From the NCBI GenBank assembly GCA_043228905.1, contig JBHGNT010000012.1, positions 18,786,001 through 18,850,000 of the forward strand: 64,000 nt of DNA, in the 5' to 3' direction. The DNA comes from Azolla caroliniana (lineage: Eukaryota; Plantae; Polypodiophyta). The position numbers and the translations under genes were made by a program. The notes beneath the pieces are model-generated. The model had not been told where the DNA came from. It was given only the letters and a program-made list of their open reading frames with translations, and did no database searches. This document shows, in pieces, positions 51,801 to 63,700 of the stretch (positions within the stretch are counted from its first letter, which is position 1; each line of letters opens with the position of its first letter).

Positions 51801-53896
51801 TGTGAACGTTTTAGATAATCAATTAAAGACCACTACAACATCATTGACTTAATGAAAAAAAATGACATATAAACTAAACACATGATTAGATGGGAGAAGA
51901 GAGAATAGAAAGAAAAAAAAAAAAAATTACGGAAAGAGTTACCGAAGTTCTTTGTTGATCGTTGTCTGGATCAAGGCCGACCGCACATCGATCGATCACC
52001 ATCAATCAAAAGACAAAAGAAAAACAAAGAAACATTAGTACATAGCTCTGATACCAAATATTAGAGATCTAGGTACTAAAGTAAGCTTAAGATAAGGATA
52101 AACTAATGATAGATAGAAAGGAGAAAGAGAAAGAAGGGTGCTGATCAGCCTGACCACTCTCGAGCGAAGGGATCGAGACGGACTCGAGCCTCGATCGGCG
52201 TCCCATACCACCGCCGTGGCGTCGAGTCATACCTGGTGTTGGTGCGCTCGCTACAAGAGTTGACCCACCACAAGAACAGAGTCTCGATGTAGTCAAAAGA
52301 TCATCAAATGAGGGTAGCTAGGCCTCTTATTTATAGCAATACCCAAGGCCCCCAGGCAAGTTCACACTTGACCTAATGGGTTGTCTCAATCCCGAGGATT
52401 AAAAGTAATCCTCCCCTTCTTTACACTCTCATTTAATCCTCACACTTATCCACGTGTATAGAATACTACGGTAAATTCTCACCACGGGATATTAAATGGT
52501 CATGCCCGTAACAACCAGGATCGTGGTGAAGGGGTTCTACCAGAAGAAGGTCATGGACTTCGACGAGATATTTTCCTCGGTAATAAAGATGACCTCCATC
52601 CGAACGGTGCTGAGTATAGCGGCAAGCATGGACCTCGAGTTAGAGCAGCTGGACGTGAAGACGACATTCCTTCACGGTGACCTCGAAGAGGAGATTTACA
52701 TGCAGCAACCGGAAGGATTCGTGGAGAAAGGGAAGGAGCACCTGGTATCTTGGTTGAAGAAGAGCCTGTACGGACTGAAGCAGGCTCCCCGACAATGGTA
52801 CCGGAAGTTCTACTCCTTCATGACCGATCAAGGGTACCACAAGACGCAGGCCGATCACTGTGTGTTTGTGAAGAAGTTCGAAGGAGGCGACTTCCTGATA
52901 CTCCTTCTGTACGTGGACGACATGTTGATCGTCGGACGGGACCAAGCCAAAATACGGATGTTGAAAAAGGCTCTCAACAAGACCTTCTCAATGAAAGAAT
53001 TGGGTCCGGTAAGACAGATGCTGGGGATGCATATCATCTGGAACCGGCCAACGAAGCAATTGTGGCTGTCACAGGAGAAGTACGTGACAAAGGTGCTTCA
53101 GCGGTTCAACATGTCAGATGCGAAACCGGTCGGATCGACACTTCCGACAAACTGCAGGTTATCCGGTAAGCAAAGCCCGAAGACGAAAGCAGAGAAGGCG
53201 GATATGATGAAGGTTCCATATGCCTCTGCCGTCGGGAGCTTAATGTACGCAATAGTGTGTACCCGACCGGATATAGGATACGCAGTCGGAGTGGTGAGCC
53301 GGTTTATGAGCAATCCTAGCAAGGAGCACTGGAACGCGGTCAAATGGATACTCCGGTACTTGAAGGGCACTTCAAATATGTGTCTCCGATTCGGCTCCGG
53401 TAAACCTCAACTTGACGGTTTTACTGATTCGGACATGTCGGCTGATGTGGATACTAGCCGGTCTACATCCGGGTATGTAATGATATATGCAGGGGGAGTT
53501 GTTTCGTGGCAGTTGAGGGTGCAGAAGACGGTTGCGTTGTCAACCACAGAGGCGGAGTACATGGCGGCTGTGGAAGCCGGCAAGGAAATATTATGGATGA
53601 AGGACTTCATCGGAGAGCTCAGATCCGGCAAGATGAATACCGGCTCTATTGCGACAGTCAAAGTGCCATCCACCTTGCTAAGAATGCGGCCTAACATTCC
53701 CGAACGAAGCATATCCAACGTCGGTATCACTTGATCCGGGAAAGAGTAGATGACCAGGAGTTCGCGCTGACGAAGATCCACATGGCCGAGAACGGGTTAG
53801 ATATGCTGACCAAAGTACTGACACCTGACAAGCTGGATGCATGTCGGAAGCGGGTCGGACTATTAAGACATCCCATGCCGGAGTGAAGGGGGAGTT

Positions 53897-54449
53897 TGTT
53901 AGGAAACAGGTCCCTCCGGATGGGATGACCCGGTGAGAACCGGATGATGAGTGCCCGACAAGCGCCGGATGATGCAGGCCCGGTGAGGAGTGCTCATCGG
54001 ATGAAGGGACATATTCGTAAATATGTTTCTGAGAGTCCATCGGGGCTATATTTGTAAATAGCCGAAAAGTCATATTAGTATAAATATGACTTAGGGCAAA
54101 CATAGTGATGTTGTTGTCCTTCTTGTTGGCGCAAGATTAGAGCGCAACAGTGTACAGAGAGAGAGAGAGAGAGGAAGTGGTCATTGCCTCTGTTGTAACC
54201 GCCGCCTGTAACGAAGATAACAAGCTCGAGGTCGTTGCCTCGGTGCTTTACCATTGTATATTGTTACATAGTGATAGTTTGCAGTCTGTGGGCTGCCGTG
54301 GTTTTTTCCCTAGTTTGGGTTTTTTCCACGTTAACATCTTGTGTATTCTTCTCTCCATTGTGTCGTGCATTCATTCCCGTTTTTCTGTGTTTGATTATAA
54401 GCTTGGTTGTGGCCGAGCGTTGTTCATCGGGAGCGCATAGTTCCTGTCA
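53897..54449 (+). repeat. Copia C 3' LTR
   Basis: Follows the PPT GAAGGGGGAG; TGTTAGG...CTGTCA. Confidence 0.93.
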
Positions 54450-54667
54450 CAAAGATGGGGCTACGACAAGCGACCAAGCAGAAGAAAGCGGAATGAGGAG
54501 CAGAAGGTAAGAGCTAACCGACACTCACACTACACCTCTGCTGACTTGGCTACTTGCGGACAGACTTGTAACATAAAATCTAGTTAAACGTATAATCTAG
54601 GTTGACGGGGGAGATAACCCCAAGCATGTGCATATGTACAAAAGAGTAGTTCTTTTACGGGGGAGTT

Positions 54668-54973
54668 TGTTGGCATAAAAGGACGACTCCTTCCAAATTG
54701 TATCCGTCCGAGTGTGAACTCGTTAATAATTTAAGGCTTAGTATATAAGCGAATACCTAACATTGTAATGAGTGACGAGTGGATGACGAGAAGAGTATTA
54801 TATCTCTGAGAGAGAACGAAGTAATAAGAAGCTTTCCATTAAAGCTCGATCTACTATCTAAGTCTCGATTCACTGTATTTTCTGTGTATGTTGTTTTCTG
54901 TGCATAAGCGTATAGGTTCGCAAATGTTTTCTGCATACGTATACATATATATACATATACATATACATCGACA
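54668..54973 (+). repeat. Copia B 3' LTR
   Basis: Direct repeat of 37536-37839, preceded by a GGGGGAG PPT. Confidence 0.93.
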
Positions 54974-55541
54974 TTCTAAGCCCGACCACTTGGCTAAACC
55001 ATTATACACGACCATTTGGTGCCGACTGCCAAGTTCGAGCAAATGATGGCCAAAGCTTGTGGTGTCCGCACCTTGATCCTTTGATCTACGTGTGGTGCCT
55101 ATATCTAAAGGATTGACAATTGCCATTTCTAGGTTTCTATTCATCTGAAATACGGTGCATTGTCGGGATTGGGTTCTCACATTGAAGTCTCCTACAAGGA
55201 ATACTTCTCCTTGGGAAGAATATCGAATTATGTCATCCGATAGAGGTTCGTATGGGGAAGGTCCATGTGGCACTCCTTCATCAACTAATCTCGCCTCACC
55301 AGCTAGATTATAACAAGAGCCTTTCGGGGGGAAGTAACAAATGGCGAAAAATACTGCCCTGTCTTTGCTTGTGGAGACTTTCACCCACTTAAAACGAGCT
55401 TTTGGGTCTGTCCTCAGTATTTCTATCCTATTATGTAGCTCTCTCCGAAACAATATTGCGACCCCTCTAGATCCCTTGGTAGTGCAGCGACGTGAGGTTT
55501 GTCTAAAAGCGGACTCCCAACGAAATCTTCCGACTCGTGGG
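54974..55541 (-). mobile_element. LINE 2, 5' part (AP endonuclease), separated from the 3' part by copia B
   Basis: GVAILF, ICYFPP and VFLVGDFNVRT. Removing 37536-54973 and one TSD copy restores WSG-LEELTCFPHGGG. Confidence 0.88.
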
Positions 55542-55853
55542 TGTCATGATATGGCAAGACTCGAACCCATGACCTTATGTTACATGGGTCGAGCTCTTGA
55601 CTATTAAACTATATGTTGTAATACGAAAGATATAATTTTCATTTAAGTCTTACTATAGAAAATTGATGTATATTCTAGATTTCTCTGGACCATTCTAGAA
55701 ACTTCAGGAGTACTCTCGAGAACACTATAAAAGGAGGCACAAGGCATTATTTCGAACCAAATCGGTTCAACGCCAGTCTTAAGCCTCCTAACTACTATTG
55801 TATATTCTCTTAACATAATACATATCTTTTGTTATCATCATTCTGTCTCTCTG

Positions 55854-55886
<33 letters not shown>

Positions 55887-56993
55887 TTCCTTCTCTCGAG
55901 AGTTCTACACCTCCCTTAGTACTAATCCTCATCTTTTAGTACTAATTCCTTCTCTGTCTTAGTATTGTTCCTAACAATACTTCTTTGTCTTAGTACTATT
56001 CCTGACAGTTTGAACTGATTTGGTCTCCTTCCTTCTCTTCCTTTATCTTCTTACTTTTCCCTCCCTTCATACTAATATCTTATTCCTCTTTTCTCTCATA
56101 ATATGGCCATTGTTAGCGCTCAAGAATATTAATCCGTTTTTTCGGAGTTGCAATGCTTGAAAGAGAAGTTTCTCACATTGGAACAAGAAAATCAACGATT
56201 GTTGGGGGAGCTTCAACAAATCTCCTTAGAGAAACATCAGACGCAACAACAACATGAAGAACTAGCATTATGTGTGCAACAGCTCGAAGCAACCATAGTC
56301 GCGATGCAACAACAAGGACCTAGTACGCAAGGGGTTCATAAAGAACCCAAGATCGGCCTTCCCATGAAATTCGATGGACCGCGATCACAGTTTAGAGGAT
56401 TCCTTAATCAGGTATGATTAGTCATTCAAATGCATCGTTCTCGATATCCCACAGATGCATCACGAGTGGGTTTAGTAGGCACGTTGTTAAGTGGCTCAAC
56501 TTTGGCATGGTTCGCTCCGTTGTTAGAAAAGGAATATCTTGTACTAAATTTTTTTGAAGAGTTTTTAAGTGAATTTAAAGCCTATTTTGGAGATACTGAT
56601 AGCATAAGGAAAACAATCAACAAAATACGACGATTACGTCAAGGTGATCGTCTAGCCTCCACATACACTGTAGATTTCCGCCTACTCGCCTCCGATATCC
56701 CCTGGGATGACCAAGCACTTATGGAGCAATTTCGTTATGGTCTACGTAGCGATGTCAAGGATTTACTCTTGACCTTCCCCGAAGAACCAAAGTCATTGAT
56801 AGAAGCAATTTGTTGCGGGGTGAGATGTGACAACCGTCTTTTCGAACTATGTTCGGAACGTCAGTTCAAGAGGCCAAGGGTAAGATCGGAGCCCACCTAC
56901 GCCTTAGTGGTAGCAAAACCTTTTCCAAGGGAGTCATATAATGTGTCTCTAGTGAATACTCCAACTCCGATGGAAATTGACACTACACGTCGT
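55542..56993 (+). mobile_element. Ty3/gypsy element 3 (5' LTR/leader and gag), inserted in LINE 2 and interrupted by gypsy 4
   Basis: Starts TGTCATGA where LINE homology stops; TATAAAA at ~55726. Gag KEPKIGLPMKFDG..SQFRGFLNQV, LLSGSTLAWF, LRQG, QFRYGL and PMEIDTTRR, cut before the zinc knuckle. Confidence 0.82.
55552..55613 (-). other. tRNA-derived (Pol III A-box/B-box) segment inside the putative LTR
   Basis: Minus strand TAGTTTAATAGTCAAGAGC (D-arm/A-box-like) ... GGTTCGAGTC (T-arm/B-box). No intact acceptor stem. Confidence 0.6.
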
Positions 56994-57805
56994 TGTTGTC
57001 CATAGGCTAGAAATATAAATATATTATGTAAACTCAGAGTTAGGTAGAAGAGTAGGTGAGGAAATAGGTAAGACTAGAAATAGCCATGTTTTAGCCCTCA
57101 CAATCAGCCGATGGCTCGGCTCTGTCTGAAGGGGAAAACTATATAACCTGAGTTATGCATACCTCAAGGGGGGAATTATCTAGATCATTCTTAGCGAGAG
57201 TAATATCCTAGCAACAAGATCTGTACTAACTATTTCCGGCTGAGAACCGAGTACTGTAATCACTGGGAGCTCTATCGTTAATATAAGTTTCGTTTTCTAA
57301 TATTCTATCTGTGTATTCTCCCCATACTCGTAAATCCAGCTACGTTTATGCCTAATGGGTTGTAGCCGTGTACGCTCCTCGTTCTCCTTTCTTCCCCCCC
57401 CCCCCCCTGTAGAAGAGGCTCCCACGTAACACGATCCCTTGACATTGATAGCCTGTGGGCTCATCGAAGGTGTTTCCCTAGAAACGGTTAACAAAATTTG
57501 GCACGCCCGGTGAGAGCTGTAAGGTCACAACGAACTACGTTGGAAGCAAACTCCAGCTGCCATTACGGCGCCCAATCACATCACGCGGTCTCGGCCACCT
57601 GCCCGACGCCCTGAGCCAATCGAAGGAACTTTCGACTCGGCGTTTACTAACCAATCGTTCCAGGAACTATCGGAGGCTCACCAGTTGCAATCCTCGCCAC
57701 CCGATACCCAGTCATGAGTTGATTCCGCACCAATCTCCCCGCCGAGCCCTCCAGAGGTCACCCAACTTGACCCTAACCCTTTTCCGGCTTTACCCGAGGA
57801 CCCGG
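56994..57805 (+). mobile_element. Ty3/gypsy element 4: 5' LTR (56994-57493), PBS and start of the internal region
   Basis: TGTTG...TAACA termini. PBS TGGCACGCCCGGTG at 57499, resembling the complement of a tRNA-Arg 3' end. Confidence 0.75.
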
Positions 57806-60700
57806 TGTCGTGAAGAAAACCGGCCATAGGCGGAATCCGAGAAAGAGGCGCATGAACCGACTCTTACATGGATGGACGCGTGAATTGATATTTGGGTTGG
57901 CTGATGTAAATACTAGGTAGTATACATTTATTAGGGGATTGTGCGTATCTCTGTTGAAAGGGACAGGGAATAAAGCGGTTTGACTAGGGAAAAAAGGGGC
58001 ACCCCCTTTCGAGGAACTATTTAAGGAGGGAACTATTGAAGGAGGAAGGGGGTATCGTGCGTTAGGGAGGACAAAGTGCTGCAGGACCGAGGGCCGAGCT
58101 CTCTCTCCTCCTCTGATCGTCATTCTCTGTGGGTGCTGGGAGTTCGACGCCTCTGCTTCGTGGGTAGCCCATGCGCTGCCAGCAGAGGCTCTCCCTTCTA
58201 TGCTTCTCTTTTTTTGGGGTCCATTGTGTTCGGTCTGTGTGCGTGAGTAGGATCCCCGTGTCGGGTCCATCGCCGCCTTGCCGGTTGTAATCGTCAAAGT
58301 TTGTAATCTCTTGATATTGTAATCTCTTGATACCGTAATTAAGTGTTTCGTTTCTTTCTCTTTGCTTCTCCCTTTTGCGAATCTGTAAATCTCTTCTCCC
58401 CTCCTCTTCTCTCCTCTTCTCTCTCTCTCTCACTCCTCGGTTAAGGGCCCCCGTGGTCCCGCCTCTTTCCACACGCACGCACGCGTGTAGCAACGCGACA
58501 TAATTAGTGAACCCGACGTGAAAAGGCGACAAAGGAGTCGAAAGATGAGGGGATCAGACCTAGCAGAGGCAATGGCGGTAACCGTTGACCGGATGGTAAG
58601 CACTCGTGAGGGGACGGGTACCCTCGATAGAGCCATTGAATCGATCATCGACACTATAGGCCGGTTCGGAGGAAAAGACGCCACAAGTTATTTGGAGGCT
58701 TACCGGGCTGAAATGATCATGAGGGATATCCCGGTGGACAAACGGCTGTTCGGATTCCCTCGGGTGGTGACCCCGAGCATCTACACGGAGGTGCTCGAGG
58801 TGCTGGCCGGATGCCAGACTTGGGAGGAGTTTGAGCTGCAACTCCTCGAGAAGTACATGTTTGATGACTCGCTTCCGTGGTCGAGGCGGGACTTCATGGC
58901 GTGGGTGGAAAGCCCCGGAAAAGGGAGGAACACGTCGGCGCTCCTCCAGGAGTTCGAAAAACGGTTCGCGCGGCTGTCGACACTGAACCGGACCGTGCTC
59001 GAAACGAGTCGAGTACTACTGTTTGTCAAGTCAGTGGACGCGCTCAACAGGGAAAAGGTGGGTCCCCTATTGGAAACGGACGAAGGGCTCACGACAGATT
59101 GGGCCGTGGTAAAACGGGTCTGCAGCCGTTTCGACAAACGGCGCGACTGGAGCGACGAAAGCTCATCTGGGTCAGGGCCTGTCTCGGCGAGGAGGCTCGA
59201 GGAGCCGATGTCGGTGCTAGTCGGTAGGAAGGAAGAGACCCGAATTTGGCTGGAGTCGGGGTCGGCATCGAACGACGTGGTCAAAGGCCCATCCGGAGGA
59301 GCGGCTTTGGAGGAGCTGACACAGATGGTGCGCGACCTACAGATCGCACAGGCACGGAGGGACAACGGCGAACAACCTCGCGACCGGAGGCCGCTGGCTG
59401 GGCAGCGGTGCATGTGGTGTGACGCGATCGGTCACATTCGGAAGGATTGCGGGGATGTCATCAACGCGCTTAGGACCAACGTGGTGTACCTCTGGAATGG
59501 GCGGGTGCACGCGAGTGAGACCCGGAGAGCCCTAGAACTAAATACGGGGTGTGGCGGAATGAAGAGGTTGATGGAAGAGGCAGCGGCGCGGCACGTAGAA
59601 GCCGTTAACTACTCAGTGTCGGCGGGAATTCGGGTCGGGGGTGATGAGACCCGGGAGGTGAAGGACTCCGGATTCTGGCCGCTAGTGCTCGAAGGCCTCT
59701 CCGGAGTTCGACTGAAGAAGGGAGAGGCGGACCGCGCGGAACAAAGGGTCTAGGAGGTCACCGGATGGGACGATCCGGTCGAAGAGAAAACGGGCTTCGT
59801 AGAACTGTTGGAAGACAAACGGGTAGGAAAGGCAGGGGGGGTCGGTTCGCCACAGAGGTACGAGACCCAGTTCAGACCGAAACCGACCGGTGCCGGCAAC
59901 CCAGGGGCACCGGACGGAAAGAAGCAGGCAGGGCTTCGGATGAGCACTGAAATCGAGAGCGCAACGGACCTACGGAAGGTCTTTGAAGAACGGATCCTCG
60001 ACAGTAAAGTGGAGATGTCGTTGCGGGAGGTGTTGGGAATCGCCAAGAGGCAGTTCCACGACTCCATCGTAGACTTGGTGAAGCGGAAGAGGCTCTCGAC
60101 GGAGCCAAAACCGGAGAAGCCGGTGGAGGTGCGGACTACGCACTTAGAAGACGCGGCCCTAGAAGACGAGTTGGCGGAAAGCCACTACGCGAAGCCGCAT
60201 TGGGCCAGGGCAACTACGGAAACCCCTGTGCGGATCGGCGACGTTCCGGAACCGGTGGTGGCCTTGGTAGACCATGGATCCGAAATCAACGTGATGTCCA
60301 TGAATTTCTACAAGAAGGGTAAATGGCCGATTAACACCAAGCACGGGTGGAAGATACGCATGGCGACGCGTGCTACGGAGGAGCTGCATGGTGCATGCCC
60401 GAATATACGCGTAAAGGTCGGTGACGTCGAGATAGATCAATATTTCTTTGTGTAGGAAACATCCTCGCACCCGGTGATTCTCGGCGAACCATACATTACG
60501 ACAACATGCATGCAGACGAAAGTGCTGGACAACGGTTCGGTGTACGCGTGCGTCAAGAGCCAGGACGGTCGGCATTCCGTCCAATTCATGACCGTACGTC
60601 CGAACCATGAGAGGAATCGCGAGACCCTCGGCGGAGGCAACTGAGGGGATTTTTAGAGAGGGCTATCAAGGCATGGGGCCGTGGTAGTCCGGACGTACTG
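57806..60700 (+). mobile_element. Ty3/gypsy element 5: 5' LTR (57806-58500), tRNA-Trp PBS, gag and protease; 3' part missing
   Basis: TGTCGTG...CGCGACA termini. TAGTGAACCCGACGTGAA at 58505 is the complement of a tRNA-Trp 3' end with one mismatch. Gag FGGKDATSYL..Y, knuckle CMWCD..GHIRKDC and protease ALVDHGSEINVM. Confidence 0.82.
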
Positions 60701-60772
60701 GAAGAACCCCACACATGTATAGTAGGTAGGAAGTTTTGGTTCTCTAAAAACGGTTTACCCCCCCCTGTTAAC

Positions 60773-63700
60773 TTGACGGAGCCAGGGACAGGCCCACCCC
60801 TCATGGATTCCCAAAATCCAGCCGTGAAAATCATGATTAAAGGACACAACCTTCATGGGTGCATTATCGACGGTGGCTCCGGTGTGAACGTCATCGGCGA
60901 GGCCACATGTCACATCCTCGGCATGAACCAATGGGAGCCTTGCCCCTTTTGGCTGCGGATGACCGATACGCGATCGGTTCGCCCCATCGGGTTAATCCGC
61001 CGCCTTGATTTCACGTTAGCCGGCCACCTGTCCATTATCCCGGCAGTCGTGTTACGCCTCGAAGCTCCAGGTGCTTACCCAATGCTGCTTGGTTGACCTT
61101 GGCTGCGCACAACAAATATTAAACAACATTGGCAGTGGAATATGATCTCCTTCCGTCAGGGGAAGTCCAAGGTACGGGTAATAACTGAAGAACGCCTAAC
61201 CACGCCTCACAAAACTACAGCCTTATATGCGGAAGGGGTACACATGCTCAACGGCTTAGCCAACGAAGAGGTGGATGACTTCCTAGAAGATCACCCCACT
61301 ATCGTACCCCTCTTCGAAATAAACGCCATTTCGGGTGTTGGCACACCACTAGATGAGGATGGCACGACAGATTCCCTTCCCAAGGATGACGCCGATCCCA
61401 CCACTATCGCGGAACTACGACAAGCGCAGGACGCGTTCGAGCGAGAACTTGCCATTTCCCAGCGGGTAAAAGCATCAACGCTCGAGTCACTGAACCTCGG
61501 CTCAGACGAGAACCCACAGACACTTCAAATCGCTAATAACTTACCAGCCGACGAACGGTCAGCCCTGGTACGCCTGCTCATGGAATATCAGGATGTATTC
61601 ACATGGTCTTACACGGATATGAAGGGATTGGATCCCCAATTTTACCAACACCAAGTACACCTCCTACCGGACACTCGGTCGATCCAACAACGACCGTACC
61701 GTATGAACCCCAACTACACGGCTAAGGTCAAAGAGGAAATTGACAAACTCCTTTGAGTAGGCTTTATACGCCCAGTAAAAAGAACCACATGGTTAAGCCC
61801 AATCGTCGTGGTCCCCAAGAAAAACGGGAAAATCCGCGTTTGCGTTGATTACCGCAAACTCAATGTTGCGATAGTCACGGATGGGCTCCCTCTTTTGTTC
61901 ACGGATAATGTCCTCGACACGGTGGCTGGTCATGAATGCTACAGTTTCCTCGATGGGTTCAGTGGCTATAATCAAATCCGAATGCACCCGGACGATCAGG
62001 AGAAAATGATGTTTATCATGGATTGGGGTGTCTTCGTGGCCGAGGTAATGATGTTCAGATTAAAGACGGCACCGACCACATTCTAACGCATCATCTCAAA
62101 GATTTTCAACGAGTATATTCCGGTGTTCATGCAAGTGTTCCTCGACGACTTTGCCGTGTATGGCTAGCGGTTGGAGCATATGACCCAGCTACGCCTCTGT
62201 CTCAAACGATGCCGACACGCTCGCTTAAGTTTAAATACGGCAAAATGCGCGTTCTTGGTGACAAGCGACAACCTGCTCGGGCACATAGTCAGCCAAGAAG
62301 GTATCGCCATGGACCCGGATAAAGTGCAGGCCATTCTAAATGCCCCCGCGCCCTCTACCGCGAAGGCTTTGAGTAGATTCTTGGGCCAAATTAGATGGCA
62401 TAGCCGGATGTTGCGACACCTGGCCGATTTTGCGACTCTGTTACACACGAAGGTGCATAGACTCCCATTTCAGTGGTCTTCAACAGAGGACGAGGCGTAC
62501 CAAGTCTTGAAGATAATGCTCTCCCATGCCCCGGTGGTACAGGCACCGGTCTGGTCGGAACCTTTTCACGTCTTCGTAGACGCATCAGATATGGCCATCG
62601 ACAGCGGGCTCATGCAGCACACACCACCAAATTGGTACCGGCCAGTGTATTACGCTAGCCGACGACTCTCGATTGCGGAGAAGAACTACTCAACCACTGA
62701 ACGTGAGGCCCTCGGTATGGTTTACAACATCAACAAATTCCAGCATTATCTCTTAGGCCGGAAATTCACATTCCACGTCGACCACTCGGCCCTCCTCTAC
62801 TTGGTTAATAAGCAGGCCCTCATAGGTCGTCTGGCTCGATGGATGCTCCTGCTATAGGAGTTTGATTTTTAGATCCAGCACCAGCCTGGCGTACAACACG
62901 CCGTAGCTGACTACCTAAGCCACCTTGACTCAGGCGAACCAACCGTGTCCACGTACGATGAATTACCCGATGCCGCCCTTTTTAGTCTCGCAACGGTGCC
63001 AGACGCAAATGAGGACGAATGGATCGCAGAGATGATCCATTTTCTTTGCACCGGCCTTCCTCCCGATCACTTGACCCTCGACACTCGAAAATGACTACCT
63101 GTCAGGAGCCGAAATTTTTGTCTTGTCTTCGACACTCTTTACCACAAAGGCTCGGATGGCATCTGGTGCCGTGCAATCCGTCAATTTGAGAAACCCGCAA
63201 TCCTCCAAGAGGCACATCACGGAATCACAGGGGGAGATTACACTGGAGAGGCCATGACAAGAAAAATATGGCAGAGTGGCTTGTGGTGGCCCACAACAGA
63301 AAAAGATGCTCATGAATTCTGTCGACAATGCGATCTATGTCAACGCATGGGACAACCGACCGAGCAAAGCCGGATGCTGCACCAACCCATTCTTCTGTTA
63401 GAGCCATTTCAAAAGTGGGGGTTAGATTTTGTAGGACCTTTTAAACCAACCGTGGCCCGCACCGGTAACAAATTCATCATCGTGGCCACGGACTATTGCA
63501 CAAAATGGGTCGAGGCTAAGGCATTGCGGGACAATACCGCTACATCTACGACAAAATTTGTATATGAACATCTATGGTGCTGATATGGATGCCCAATCGA
63601 GCTCATTAGTGACCAAGGCGGGCATTTTCTAAACCATATTACTCGCGAACTCACTACACACTACCGGTTGTACATAAAAAAAGTACGCCGTACTATCCAT

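Larger units (their letters stand above)
45491..52513 (-). mobile_element. Ty3/gypsy chromovirus-type element, copy 2, full length
   Basis: 455-bp LTRs 45491-45945 and 52059-52513, PBS TGGTATCAGAGC at 52045-52056, PPT at 45946-45960, degenerate TSD GGCAG/ACCAG inside the copia C RT (YKA/RIVVKGF). Gag at 50358-49384 and PR-RT-RH-INT-chromodomain at 49522-45950. Confidence 0.96.
42191..54449 (+). mobile_element. Ty1/copia element C, full length; inserted in the RNase H end of copia B and hosting chromovirus copy 2
   Basis: LTRs 42191-42782 and 53897-54449, TSD CGAAG/CAAAG, PBS TGGTATCACAGC at 42786. Gag/PR/INT at 42812-45490, RT/RH at 52514-53885 (QLDVKTTFLHGDL, LLLYVDDML). Confidence 0.95.
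37536..54973 (+). mobile_element. Ty1/copia element B, full length and decayed; hosts copia C
   Basis: LTRs 37536-37839 and 54668-54973 (TG...CA), TSD TTCCA/TTCTA, PBS TGGTATTAGAGC at 37842, PPT before 54668. Gag-PR-INT-RT-RH at 37937-42190 (WLLDSG, LRSDNGGEY, QMDVKTTFLHGDL, IYCDS). Confidence 0.95.

Noticed and set aside
53098-54510. Antisense and LTR-internal ORFs across the TE cluster (also 7149-7901, 42483-42882, 57773-58684)
   Set aside because: Shadow ORFs of GC-rich gag-pol or LTR sequence with no independent domain evidence.
55552-55613. Functional tRNA gene
   Set aside because: No intact acceptor or anticodon stem; only box-like remnants.
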